DNA of 64,000 nt from Podarcis gaigeae (Eukaryota). The DNA lies in assembly GCA_964106915.2 (NCBI GenBank), contig OZ066922.1; one strand, written 5' to 3'. Below, piece by piece: positions 50,601-62,925 of the stretch (within the stretch, counting starts at the first letter, position 1; every line of letters starts with the position of its first letter). The position numbers and the translations under genes were made by a program. The notes below the pieces were generated by a model that was not told where the DNA came from, searched no databases, and saw only the letters and a list, made by a program, of their open reading frames with translations.

Positions 50601-52794
50601 TTTTTGGCAGAGTTGCTCCAAATCAGATTTAGAGCTGAGCTTTCTTCATCCACTTATTCCGAGAAGAATATTGCTTTGAAGTAGCTTTTATAATCGGTAG
50701 GTGTGAATGATCTAAGATTAGCAAAGCTTGTAAGCTGCTTGGCAATTTAACATTCTGTACTAAAGAAATAAAACCATATTTCCGGCGCAATCTATCTAGT
50801 AGCGCATAGGTCCTCATGTAATCTTGGAGCTGGGTATAACCAGGAGGTCACCTGGCAGTATGACCCACTGCTGCAAAACAAGACCCTCCCAATGTCTGTA
50901 TCTGAGCACCATGCACTTTTAGCAAAGCCAATGAGGTCCATGGCCTCAGGGCATGTGGGTAGCAGATCACGCCAAGTAATCCAAGCGGAGTCAGAAGACC
51001 TTGGTTTCCCCCTATGAACACACCGTTGTGGGTCCCTGCCAAACTCTCCCCCCACTCCACTGAATCCCGCCTCTTCTCTGTCCTGAACTGGCTTTCTGTC
51101 CCTGCCCACCAGCCAGTTCAGGTCCTTTCTTTCAGCTGGTCTCTGCCTTCATCAGCTCTCCTCCTCTTCTCATTAATTTTGCTGGGCGCAGCCTCAGCGG
51201 CTAATGTTCCTTCTCTCACTTTTGCTCCTTCTCCTGTGTTGATCTCGATGGACCAAAACTAGACGTGACTGTTAAAAAACCCCAAACAATCACAAGAGAA
51301 CATACCATACCAGAGGGATGGTTTTTGGCTTATTAAACCTTTACCCCTTTTGTCTTCATTCTATTAAAAATTCTACTTTCCCTCAAGCAGTTCTTCTCAA
51401 CCCCCCACCCCATAAAGGAAGATACAGCAGTGCTTGTGTTGTTGCCCCCCGAAGAGGGAGGCTGGGAGTGTAATATCCATTGGTCAGTTCAGCCTTAATA
51501 AAGGCACTGACTATCTGGGGATTGTGGTTTTTCTCCCTAAACGGCTAACATTCAGATTCCTGTGTTTTTTGCACATACATCATGTGCAGTGTGTCGTTCG
51601 CAGAATCACACCACCTCCGAGTTTTCAGTGTTTGGTTTGGGGCAGCATTATGAATTGTGTTGGGTGAATTAGATTCGCCTTGATTTATGCTTTTTGTAAT
51701 CTTCCTTTATGAATGCTTCGGGAGGAGGGGAGTGCTGTCTTGAGGATTTTGCAAGGGTTTTCAAAAGATGAGTTGATGATGCAATCTCCCCATCTCTGGA
51801 GATCCCCTGGACTCCGTCGCCTTCCCCAAACTTGTGGCAGCAGGGTGTCTCTCTACAGTTTCTCCTCCTCTTCTTCCCTTCCTCTCCCTCCTTCTCTCCA
51901 TCTTTCCAGTGCCTAGCATGCTGCAATGGTCGCATCCCTAGTAATGGAAGCTCTGGCAAATCTACTTCTCCAGGGTTCCTACATCCTGAGGAAGGGAGGG
52001 GGAAACAGAGGGGACTGGAAACCTTGCTGCTAAGTTGCAAATTTCGAGGGGGGGGGGGAGATCTAGCTGGTAGACAGAAGGGATGGCGGTGACTGGATCC
52101 TGCTTCAAGGCAGTATGAGCCCAGGCTCAAATTTGGATGTGTCTGGGGCTCACCTCTGACGAAGCACTTCAGACTGCGGGAAGAGTAGCCTTCTGAACTT
52201 ACGAGTCCTCCCCTTTAATAAACAAAAGCACCCCTTCCTCTGCAGCGTTTTAAAAACATGCCTCTAAGGCTACCAGTTCACTCGATGCCAGCCGTGTCGG
52301 TGGGCAGGTGTTGAGCAGATTCTAATGTGCAGGGACATCAGAGCAAAAGGAGGCAAACTGTTCTTGGCTTCTGTGTTCCACTTGGTGCCTCTGCTGACAT
52401 CACCTTGCTTTTTAATTCATGGAATGGAACACGCTGCCCTTTGAACACCTGGCAGGGGGACGCTGTTGCCCATCACAAAGAGTTGGAGATTATGCGGGCA
52501 GCTGAGGTGTGCAAAACGGATTAGCTCTGCTAAAATTTCACTTTATTCTAAAAAGGCTCCTTAGATACAGGAGCGGCAGGAGGAAACAAACCTTTGTTGT
52601 TTAATGAATTATTTCTAGCTAGCTTAGCAAGGCATGGAGTTAGACAGTTTTTGCAAACCTGGGACCAACTTTTCCTGGTAGGTGCAGCAGAGCGGTGGCT
52701 GTGATGACCTCTGGGTGATTCTACTCGTAGGGTTTCAAAGGGTGGGGCCGGGATTTCAGCTCATGCATTTTCTACGCTCACAAGTGGGGCAGGG

Positions 52795-53480
52795 CTGTGA
52801 AGGAGAGTCTCTACCCCCATGGTTCAGCCCGGACACTGAGGTCCAGCGGCGAGGGCCTTCTGGCAGTTCCCTCTCTGCAAGAAGCCAAGTTACAGGGAAC
52901 AAGACAGAGGGCCTTCTCGGTAGTGGCACCCGCCCTGTGGAACGCCCTCCCAGTAGATGTCAAAGAGACAAACAACTACCAGACTTTTAGAAAACATCTG
53001 AAGGCATCCCTGTTTAGGGAAGCTTTTAATGTTTGACGGACTACAGTGGTGCCTCGCAAGACGAAATTAATCCGTTCCGCGAGTCTCTTCGTCTTGCGGT
53101 TTTTTCGTCTTGCGAAGCACGGCTATTAGCGGCTTAGCGGCTATTAACGGCTTAGCGGCTATTAACGGCTTAGCGGCTATTAACGGCTTAGCGGCTTAGT
53201 GGCTTTAAGAAAAAGGAAAAAAACTCGCAAGAACTCGCAAGACGTTTCGTCTTGCGAAGCAAGCCCATAGGGAAATTCGTCTAGCGAAGCGACTCAAAAA
53301 CCGAAAAACCCTTTTGTCTTGGGCGTTTTTCGTTTTGCGAGGCATTCGTCTTGCGGGGCACCACTGTATTGTATTTTAATATTTTGTTGGAAACCACCCA
53401 GAGTGGCTGGGGAAACCCAGCCAGATGGGCCGGGTATTAAATACATACATACATACATACATACATACATACATACATAC
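52795..53480 (+). mobile_element. L2-clade LINE 3' fragment interrupted by a MITE, (TACA)n tail
   Basis: RAFSVVAPALWNALP; the 3' UTR resumes after 53368. Confidence 0.88.
53044..53366. mobile_element. Tc1/mariner MITE with internal minisatellite
   Basis: 22-bp TIR CAGTGGTGCCYCGCAAGACGAA, TA TSD; (GGCTTAGCGGCTATTAAC)x3 inside. Confidence 0.9.
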
Positions 53481-56400
53481 TACCACTGCATGGGGGGATT
53501 TAATGGACATGGTTGGAGAAGAAGTGTGTGGAGGTTCATGTTCAGTGGCCATTCTGCATTTTTATTTTTTTAAGTGTTTGGCCCTGCCTATCACTATTAA
53601 TTGGATTTGAAAAAGGATAACCCAATTCACTGATTCATCTGGTGCTTCGCAATACTTAATTAGGACTGATTATCGCTCTCAGAACGAGTACGTTCTGTTT
53701 TTTGTTGTTGGTGGCTATTTTTATAAAGAATGTGTTTATCAATCCCTAGACCTTGCGACTTGGTGAATTTATGTGAAGAAAAGTAATGGGGCAGAACGGA
53801 AAGTCCCCCCCGAGGTATCTCAGCACACTTCCACGGCATCTTGCGAAATGACACCCCGAAGAAGGGGGCGGGGGCGGGGGGGTGTCAGACAGGCCACCAT
53901 ATTTAGTAGGAAGATCGGTCTGGGCAGAGATCCAAGAAACCTGTTCTGTCACTGTGGGAGCTGGGCTATCTAGCAAGGCTTCCTGTTCCTGGGAGAGGGA
54001 GTCAAAGCAAAGGCTCTTGGACCACACTAACAGCCTCTTGGACGCGGAAGCGGGAAGCCTTCTTCACCTCTGCGGCGTTAGCCATTCCGTTGAGAAGAGT
54101 AGGCATCTGCAGGTTGGGCAAGGGAAGATGAACTCCATGGAGTTCCCCTTCAGTTGTGACTCACCTGATGAGATGCAGGGAGAGATTGGTGGATCAGGCC
54201 AACGGCCCACCTAGTCTGGCATCCTGTTCCCACAGTGGCCAACCAGATGCCTATGGGAAACCTGCAAACAGGTCCCAAGCCCTCTGAGTGAATGTGGTGC
54301 ATTTCTCATTTCCTTTGCAGAAACAGGGGTTCATACATTACCTGGGGATTAGGGGTATGGTGGGGGTTGCATGTTCTTTTAGTAGGGAAGGCTTGTCCTT
54401 AAGTATTTTCATCTTCATTCTCTATTACAAGGAATGCACCTAAACCAAAGTAGCCTAAAAAAATTAACATGCTATCGTAACTCTGTCCTGGCTTAATATC
54501 AATTAAAATGTTAATGAAGATCACGGACCTGCACATCCTGTAAGTTGCTTGCTTGAACAGCTGGACCATTGGCTTTCTCTCCTTTTCCTGAAACCGGTGT
54601 CCTTCAGCCTTAGCTCCTCAGATGCTGTTGGACTACAACTTCCATCGTCCATGACCATCGGCTAAGTTGGCTGGGGATGATGGGAGTTGTAGTCCGTCAT
54701 CATTGGAAGAACCAAGGTGGAAGCACACTAATCTAAACCGTGGTGTGGAATGCCTACTCTGCTTCCCATTTGGTCTGGGACACCCTTTCAGCCAAGCCAT
54801 GCCCACCTACAGGCAGGGCAGGTAACCATAAACATGTGGTGCTCTACTGAAAGTGGAGTTAGCAGGCTCTGCCAATCAGCTGGTGGGCCTTTGACTGCTT
54901 GGTTTGATTTCAAAGGAAAACTGGCTACTTGGTTGGGTGATTGGCAGCTAGGGGGCCTGCCCACCTGTTAAAGTTGGCCCGTAGAGGAGGCAAAGATCCA
55001 GTCTGCTTGCCGGATTCCAGTTCCCCATCTTTCCACTTCTACACTATTTATATATACTTGTCTCCTCTTTCTCTTTCCTCTTCTTTCTTTCTATTTCTCT
55101 CTCCATGCTGGATGCCACCATGGGCAATGTATTACTTGGAGTTGCCTGGCACTGCATGCCCATTAGTTCTAGTAATTGAGTTCCGGCAGAATATATGGTG
55201 CAAGTTTGTTCTCCACTGCTTTTGTAAGAAAAGAATTATTTTGAACTTTAGCAACTCTATAGGGAGTGGAGATTCCAGGGCACAGGCTGCTGTAAATATC
55301 AGCCTCCCTGTGGTAGACAGCGAAATGCTTTGCAGGGACTAATCCATCAGTGTGTTTGTTATCCGTTTAATACTAGAGATGCGTAAAGGCACTAATTTTG
55401 GTTTCTCTCTCTGTCACTGCCTTGTTAGGCATTTGTTAACTTAATGGTGACTTTGGTTCCTTCTCCCTTTCTTTTAACATCTTTAGTTTCTGTTTGGCTC
55501 AGAAGTACTGCATTATAATGCCTCACCTAACGAAAAAGGCAATAATTGCTCTGTTTAGGACATCATAAAAAGAATTTGCTTGAAGCTGAAACTTTATAAG
55601 CAACAAAACGTACCAGCCGCTAAGCAGAACAGTGTTTTCCTTTCCTTTCCTTTTGTAATTGCTTCTCTAATAGTTTGCTCTCACAAAGACCCAAGTTTCC
55701 GTGCCTTGTTCCCAGCTACTTTGCCATTGAGAACACTCTGCTACTTTTAATAGATGTTGAAATACAGCTCCTTAGTACCTTTTCGATTTAATTACATGCC
55801 CCATTAAAATGAGCTGCTGATCTATCAAAGTGAAATATAGATGGAAACACTTTCCAGTTTATTTTCTTACCTTTTCGACCACAGGGTCTTGGAGCCCTGC
55901 TAAGTGCATGTTAGACATGTTTCAGGAGCTGCACAGAAGAAACCAGCGTGACATTGCAGAGTGCTAGAGGTTTGCAGCATGAGCTGGAGAGAGAAAAATG
56001 AATTTCGTACTCAGGAATGCCACCTGTGTCTGTGATTTTTGGGAAACCCTGGGGAGCTGCTGCCAGCCAGTGTAGGTAATACTGAGCTAGGCAGACCCAA
56101 TGGTCTGACTCTGTTTGAGGCAGCCTCCTGTGCTCCCAGGAGTTGCTTTGTACCTGAGGATGGGGAACTTGCCACCCTCCAAGCGTTCGTTCTGCTCCAA
56201 CTCCCAGAGCCTGTAATTCCGATGCTCTTTTTCGGTATTCCTCTTCCTTCTGCACCCTGCCGTCGCCCTCCTCCCCGGTTATGCAAAGGCACGGATGAAC
56301 CTTGGCTTCTGCTGTGCCTGCTAAAAAGTATTGGCTGAATTGATTCTTGGAATGTGTGCACACAAACCTGTATTTAACCACGGAGAGATCGCTTAAAGAA

Positions 56401-56677
56401 AGCTGAGCAAAGATAAATAAATCAGATGCAAGAAAACACAGCTGCTGATTGCTTTCCCTTGACTTTAAAAATAAAAAAGGGGGATGCTGCCTCTGTTCCA
56501 TTCTGTGAGCGCTTCTTATGGCCCCTTGCGTTGGTTCTGTCCAGGTATATCGCATCATGGGGTTTGTGGCTGCAGATTGGATTGCGGTTTGGTTGAAGAT
56601 GAGAGGTCAGCCCCTAAGCTGGCAAAATCAGGTGAAACTGGTATGAAGTAAATTATGCTCTCTTTTCTCCCCCGCAG

Positions 56678-56792
56678 ACTGTCCCCAAACCCATAGCGCT
56701 GGAGCCCTGTTTTGGCAACAAAGCTGCTGTTCTTTCGGTGTTTGTGAGGTTGCCACGAGGCCTGGGAGGTATCCCCCCACCAGGGCAATCAG
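56678..56792 (+). CDS. ATRN: Attractin coding exon: TVPKPIALEPCFGNKAAVLSVFVRLPRGLGGIPPPGQS
   Basis: cccgcag|ACT acceptor, CAG|gtaagc donor; 115 nt, phase 0 to 1; residues match ATRN rather than ATRNL1 as I recall them. Confidence 0.96.
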
Positions 56793-57479
56793 GTAAGCAA
56801 CCACCTTCCTTCCACAGTATAGTGCCCTTCTGTTGTTTTGCAGTATGCTGGAAGTTGTCGTCCAGTAACACTGTCGCCCAGTAACCCCGTCCTACAGTCA
56901 TTCGATGTCTAAGACCACCCGGCCCTTTTTCGCTTTTCTTTCCTTGGGGCCACTTTAAATGCAACTCATTCCTTTCAGAGCACCTCCACGTGGACGGCTG
57001 CTTGTGCCGATTTGCATGCCCATGTACGGCTGGTATAACTGCATCTGCTAAAGGCATATAATTGACATGTTGTACAGCCTGGCGCATGGAAGCAAGTGCT
57101 GCTGTCGGTATAGAGGCACTCATTTCCTGCTTCCTGTCTTGTTGAGAGTGCTTGTTGTGGGCACCCGTCTGTCTCGAAAGACAATGGAGTTCACTTCCGT
57201 AGAAGCCAAACCGCATCATTAGAAGTAACCAAAGAGACCTCCCTAGGGCGCAAGCCTGGGCAGTGTTTGTGGAGGTTTTGGGCTGCCCAGACCACAATAC
57301 TCTCCTCTCAGCCTTGGTCCAAAGGAAAGCAGTGCAATGTATTTTGCGCCAACTTGGCTGCAGGAGTTGTGGAAAGGAGGCACCATCCAACCATCTTAGG
57401 GGATCCACTCTGGATTTGTGTAGGCTTTACCCGTTAGCCTTTTCTTCTCCCAAAAATATCCTGCAAGGAAATGGGAGGT

Positions 57480-57664
57480 TTAGGATAAGAGTTTTCCTTC
57501 TCCTAGATGGGCTATCTTCCCAGGTTGACGAGCCCCACCTGCCCCTCACTTCCCTCAACAGCATACGCAGAAACCGTTGGAAACGCAATTTAGTCTGGTC
57601 TCTTCACCAAAGCCTGTCTAGGCATGCAAGGGAAGTCTTAACTGCCTGCGGACTGCCTCGCCGG
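57480..57664 (-). mobile_element. Possible RTE-clade 5' UTR fragment
   Basis: Minus strand reads GGGGCTCGTCAACC..CCCATCTAGGAGAAGGAAAACTC, a motif I associate with RTE 5' UTRs; not verified. Confidence 0.35.
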
Positions 57665-58240
57665 AGTGGTGCATGCTCTAGTTATCTCCCGCTTGGACTA
57701 CTGCAATGTGCTGTATGTGGGGCTACCTTTGAAGGTGACCCGGAAACTGCAACTAATCCAGAATGTGGCAGCTAGATTGGTGACTGGGAGCGGCTGCCAG
57801 GACCATATAACACCAGTCCTGAGAGATCTGCATTGGCTCCCAGTACATTTCCGAGCACAATTCAAAGTGTTGGTGCTGACCTTTAAAGCCCTAAATGGCC
57901 TTGGTTCAGTATACCGGAAGGAGCGTCTCCACCCCCATCGTCCAGCCCAGACACTGAGGTCCAACTCCGAGGGCCTTCTGGCGGTTCCCTCATTGCCAGA
58001 AGTGAGGTTACAGGGAACCAGAAAGAGGGCCTTCTCGGTAGTGGCGCCCACCCTGTGGAACGCCCTCCCACCAGATGTCAAGGAAATAAGCAGCTATCCT
58101 ATTTTTAAAAGACATTTGAAGGCAGCCCTGTTTAGGGAAGTTTTTAATATTTAATGCTGTATTGTTTTTAACACTCGATTGGGAGCTGCTCAGAGTTGCT
58201 GGGGAAACTCTGCCAGATGGGTGGGGTATAAATAATAAAT
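57665..58240 (+). mobile_element. L2-clade LINE 3' fragment with open ORF2 end
   Basis: VHALVISRLDYCN..QN.AARLV..HITPVLRDLHWLPV..APTLWNALP..FKRHLK.LF; (AAT)n tail. Confidence 0.9.
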
Positions 58241-58579
58241 TATTAATTAATTAATTAATTAATTAACTTCACAAGGGCAGAGTCACCCTGCCTTAAGAGG
58301 TGTCTGTAAGCTTTGGGTTCTCTCTGGAAGCTCGCGTTACCATCTTCCACCCCATCTTCTGAATCCTGGCCAAGGGTTGGTCCACCTTCCACTGAGTGTG
58401 GAGACCAGTTGCGTCAGAGGTGGGTGCAAGGAATCTGGCCAGGGTGCACAGAGCACCAAGAGGCAGAAACCTCCCTGGGTCTCTGGCCAGTCTAAGTTGG
58501 ATGGGTGTGGTGATGCTGGCTGGGCTCCCCTGTTCTCCGTTTTGCCTGTCACTCCCTGCTCTCCCCCTTCTCCTTCCAG

Positions 58580-58704
58580 GTCTTGCAGTAGCTAGTGCGT
58601 TGGTGGACATTTCACAACAAATGCCTATTGCCTACAAAGAGAAGTCGGGAGCGGTACGAAGTCGCAAACAGCAGCCTCCAGCCCAGCCCGGGACCTGTAT
58701 TTGA
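58580..58704 (+). CDS. ATRN: Attractin last coding exon: (G)LAVASALVDISQQMPIAYKEKSGAVRSRKQQPPAQPGTCI*
   Basis: ttccag|GT acceptor, TGA at 58702-58704; C-terminus QPPAQPGTCI is characteristic of membrane attractin. Confidence 0.97.
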
Positions 58705-60074
58705 TGCATGGACATCTGAACTGCCTCTTTAGGGTTTTAAACACAAGGGATTACCTGGGAGGAGGAGGACAGAGGTGGTTTTTTTCCTGCAAGGTTTGTG
58801 TCGCAAAGGACACCTCGAAGCACCGGGCGCAATGTTTCTGGGGAGCATCCAGCCCTTCCTGTTGGCAGTGTCTTAGTTGGCCTTGTTTTGACATCCACTC
58901 CGTCTTAGATTTGCCAATCCCGTCGTGCCCGCCTGGCTCCCATGTTTTTGCATCTCCCTCCCCTATCCAGCTAAAGGCCGTTGGTTGCGAGTCCATTATC
59001 CGTCCGCCTCTACCACTGAAGATTGGCAGTAGGGAAAAGCCACGGGAAGACAAAGAACACTCAGCTTTTTGTATGTGGAAAGCGCTTTGTGGTATTTGAT
59101 TTTCTTCCCCACACCCCTTCCCTGGTTGTACAAGAAAAGCTGCAGCACTTACAGATAATTTTCTGCCCTCGGCAGTTAAACCCCCAGGATTTAAGGAGAA
59201 GCTAACTCAATTTCCTCCAGGAACCCAGTGTTGTAAAAAATTCTATTTATTTCTCTCTTATTTAGAGCTCTGTTCCAAATACAATACCTTCATTGGGGCT
59301 GGGGTTATGTTTGCCGCTTTCTTTTCATCCACCTGACTGTATTAAATCGAGGGATGCTGTTGAGTATGGCTGGGTGCTACGCACTGCAGCACATTGCCAG
59401 GAAAAAACCACATCTCCCTTTTCTGGGAAGATTAATGTTTTTCACGTGGATCTATGTGGCAGATCTGTGTGCAAGTGTTCCCAAGGTTTTAAATAGAACC
59501 AAGGAAGCAAAGGGGAAATAGCATAGCTGGTCTGTTGCGTAACTACATTCCTCAGTTACCCTGGGCAATCTGTGGCCTTTTCCGCACTGTGCCCAGTTAA
59601 CGGGTGCAGAGCATAAGGATGCTAACCTGTTTCAGGCTGATGGAGCCGTGGTGGTTGTCGGGGGGCCGGGCTGGGGGGCTGGAATGCTTCCTATTTATTG
59701 TCATTTCACATCGTGCATCTGCTTCCATTCAAGGCAGATGTTCCCTCTTTTGGGGGCCACCCCTTTCCCACGCCCCTTTTTATTTTACCTCACTTGAGAA
59801 CGAACGTGGGGAAAAGCACTTTCTGCATTACAGTGGATGTGCTCTGTAGAGTGGTCCCTTCTGTTTGAACGGCTTGCATTGCTCACTCCTCCCCAATACC
59901 TATCAATAATCCTGCCACCCCGGGCAAGTGTACTCCTGCTTGGTGCAAGGGTAGGGTCTGAATTAACTCTGAAGCATCCCTTAGCCAACCTGGCGGCCTC
60001 CAGATGTTTGGGACTACAACTCCCATCACGCTGTGCTGGCTGGGGCTGATGGGAGTTGTAGTAAGCATCTGGAG

Positions 60075-60210
60075 CAGCCTTTCTCAACCTTGGGTCCACA
60101 GATGCTTTTGGCCTGCAACTCCCATCATCCCTGACGACTGGTCCTGTGAGCTAGGGATCATGGGAGTTGTAGGCCAAAAACATCTGGGGACCCAAGGTTG
60201 AGAACCACTG
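60075..60210. mobile_element. Palindromic hAT MITE inserted into a related MITE (59975-60240) within the putative 3' UTR
   Basis: Perfect 8-bp TSD ATCTGGAG (60067-60074 and 60211-60218); foldback structure. Confidence 0.88.
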
Positions 60211-62919
60211 ATCTGGAGGGTGCCAGGTTGACGTAAGGTGCCCCAAGGAGAGGCTAGGAGACCTGAGCGTGGCACTTGGTGGCACCCTTTGAGTGCCTTC
60301 TCAAGAAGTCGAGGTGCAGCTTCTTGGTGGCCACTGCCTCTCAGTTGGACCAGGGGCTGGACTGCCATTGCAGATTGAGAGCCACTTACATTGCTCTGGC
60401 CTTGATAAATCCTGGGCAGTTAACCGGGTTGCCCGTTGTACGTTCCAGGCAGAAACCAGCAGAAACCTGGGGTTTTGTTAGCTTGGCCAGAGAAGCAGGA
60501 GCCTTGAGAAGCCAGAAGTGTTGGCTTTGGCACTCTCTCCAAATTGAGCGGGCGTTGCAGAGTCGGGATGTGTTTGAAGTTGCTATAACTCAGGTTTTCA
60601 CTTGCTCTTAACACCTATTGTGTTCCCTCTGAAAATCACTCGCATGTGTGTTCAGAAGGGAGCAACCAGGCTTCCGAAACAGGGCGGGGAAAGTCAGCGC
60701 ACCATCCCATTTTGCCCAAACTATGTCCCACTTACAATGGAACCGCTGGCGGCTGCTTGGCGGTGCACGCCATCCCAGCCCACGCAAGGGGGTCATGGGA
60801 GCCAGTCCATTAGCCATAGCAAGAGTCGCGATGCAATTGCACTTTTGCCGCCGATGGAGAGCATTCCCGTTGCCTATATGCATGCAGAAAGCAGCAGCAA
60901 AGGCTCCCGTCACTGTAGCATTGCTTTCACTCCAGCAGCCGGGAGCTGCCCCTGCTGCCACACTGACTGGAGAAACCCCTGTGCCACCCTCTCATCTGGG
61001 CACAACACACTGCTGGATCAAGGCTGCTGTAGCCTAGGAGGAGGCGGCTATGTTTGGTCCTTAAGTGCGGCTGCTGCCCCCAATACCATTTTTCTGGCAA
61101 GTTCTTTCCCTGCACAGATCTGGGGCTTGTGCTCCCAGCATCCAGGTGGAGGACAGTAGCTTGAAACATAAATGCGATATTTTTTTAGCAGTGTCGCATG
61201 TTGCAGCTCCTGTAGTTACACCTGGAGTAACTCCATCCCTTCTGCCCTCTACCTCCTTTTCCTCTCTTGAATGCAGTAATGTATTACACCTGTATTTTGA
61301 GTGGACTCATGGGGACGGGAAGGGAGTGGAGATGAGAGAGGCAACGATCTAGACTCCTTGGAGGTGCATGCATGTGCATTGCGCGACTGGAATTAGCCGC
61401 TCATTTGCATCTCGCAATGAATGAACGGTGAGCGACCAAAGCTTTCTTGTTCTGGACTGCCTGTCGTTGTGCATATTAATGAACCTGTACTTCTTGAACC
61501 CTACAGAACTGGAACAAACGTACAATTAAAATAGCATCTCTCTCCCCGCCCCTCCTCAATTTGCTTTGTTGAAGCTGCTCTTGAATTGACTTGTCCTTAG
61601 GGAGAAGTGGAAGGCAGCAAATTACCTCTCGAAGTCCATTTTTGCGGCGTTAAGGAGCGTGCCAGCTTGGGGGAGGCTGTGTGGATTTTGTGTGCAGTAG
61701 AAAAGAGCCTGAATCTGCCATGGCAAAGGGATTGACAAGAGTCCGGGATGAACCAAGATCCCTCGCCCACTTCCTGCTAAGCACCCGTCTCCTGGACCTT
61801 CCAGTTAGGATCACAGATCTGAAGATCTGGGAGTGGAGGAGCTGTTCCCATTCAGTTTGCTCCAGTATTATACTACCAGTGTCGCTTCCGTTGAGACACT
61901 GAGGAGTTAGGGGAGTGGCGCTAACAAAGTTCTCTCCCACCACCATCACTCAAGCAGAACTGGGAGTCCCAATCTCCAAAAAGAACTGCACCCCGAAAAT
62001 CACGGAAAGCTTGCAGAGTTAATCCAACCACTGTGGACTACAATACTCCCCAAATACGAAAGTAAAATTATTTGCCAAAAAAAGAAAAAAAGGGTGTGCA
62101 TGTTTCGGGGAGGAGATCTGTTTGAAGAACTTCGGGTCTTAGTTCTGCAGAGCCCATAAACGGCATACAAGTTGATTTAAGGAATAACCTCTTGTGTCAG
62201 AGAAGGCCTTCGCGACCCCCATTTTCCATGGACTACCCACCTGCACCGACAGACCAACCTGAAATCGATGGAAGTTGTGCGGGAGCACCTTGAAATGAAC
62301 AGGCCTTGTGCAGCTCCCCCAGCTGATTCTGGTGTTTTGTGCCAGCTATATTCTGCTTTTCAATGGAGGGTTGTTTCCCCTGGGAAGCGGAGGAGTTAGG
62401 GATCTTTACAGAGATTCGCCTTTCAAGCCATTATTTCAGAATCTGAATTCTGCAGCTTTTGAAGTTCTGGAGGCAGCTGGAATTGAGATCTCTGTAGGGG
62501 GGCACTCTTTAATACCTGGGCTATATATATAATTGTTTCTGTTCTCAAACAGTTCCTCGGTCATTCATCCCCTCTGGTGAGCACCTGGGAGCCTGCTGCC
62601 ATCCAAGAAACTTCTAAGGTGTTCCTTTTGGACCTGTGATTTGTACACAAAGGCAGACAAGTATCTCTGGCGATGCGTCTTTCGTGTCCTTCGGAGCTGT
62701 CAGGCCACAAATGTTCTGTGTCACAGATGCCAAAGCCTCGGTTGTCTCTTGACTGCCTGGTGCCTGAGATTCTCTTCCCTCCCCTCCTGGATCTTATCCA
62801 TGAATAATGTAACCTAACTGTGGCGAATTGCAAACGCTTGAAGAATGACAGGCTGTGAAAACACCCCTTGACAGGTATCTGCTGCCTTCTAGTTACCATG
62901 CACACTGTATTAAGGAGGA

Positions 62920-62925
62920 AATAAA
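62920..62925 (+). promoter_or_regulatory. Candidate polyadenylation signal AATAAA (variant TATAAA hexamers at 63014 and 63035)
   Basis: Canonical hexamer about 4.2 kb downstream of the stop; which signal is used cannot be told from sequence. Confidence 0.4.

Noticed and set aside
50250-50620. Conserved enhancer (TAAT-rich and TGACGTC motifs in repeat-poor intron)
   Set aside because: Short motifs occur by chance; conservation cannot be judged without alignments.
53120-53205. CRISPR-like array
   Set aside because: Tandem units without spacers, inside a eukaryotic MITE.
40897-57408. Long ORFs 40897-41607, 55911-56558 and 56653-57408 (also 5721-6410)
   Set aside because: No recognisable domains; they cross repeats or lie antisense to ATRN sequence; consistent with chance.
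57540-57664. HDV-like ribozyme in the putative RTE 5' UTR (minus strand)
   Set aside because: A CUAA plus P2-like pairing is visible, but I could not build P1, P3 and P1.1 consistently; needs an RNArobo or Infernal search.
1778-58704. ATRNL1 as the gene identity
   Set aside because: The C-terminus QQPPAQPGTCI and LETDEEPPDL match ATRN as I recall it, not the paralog.
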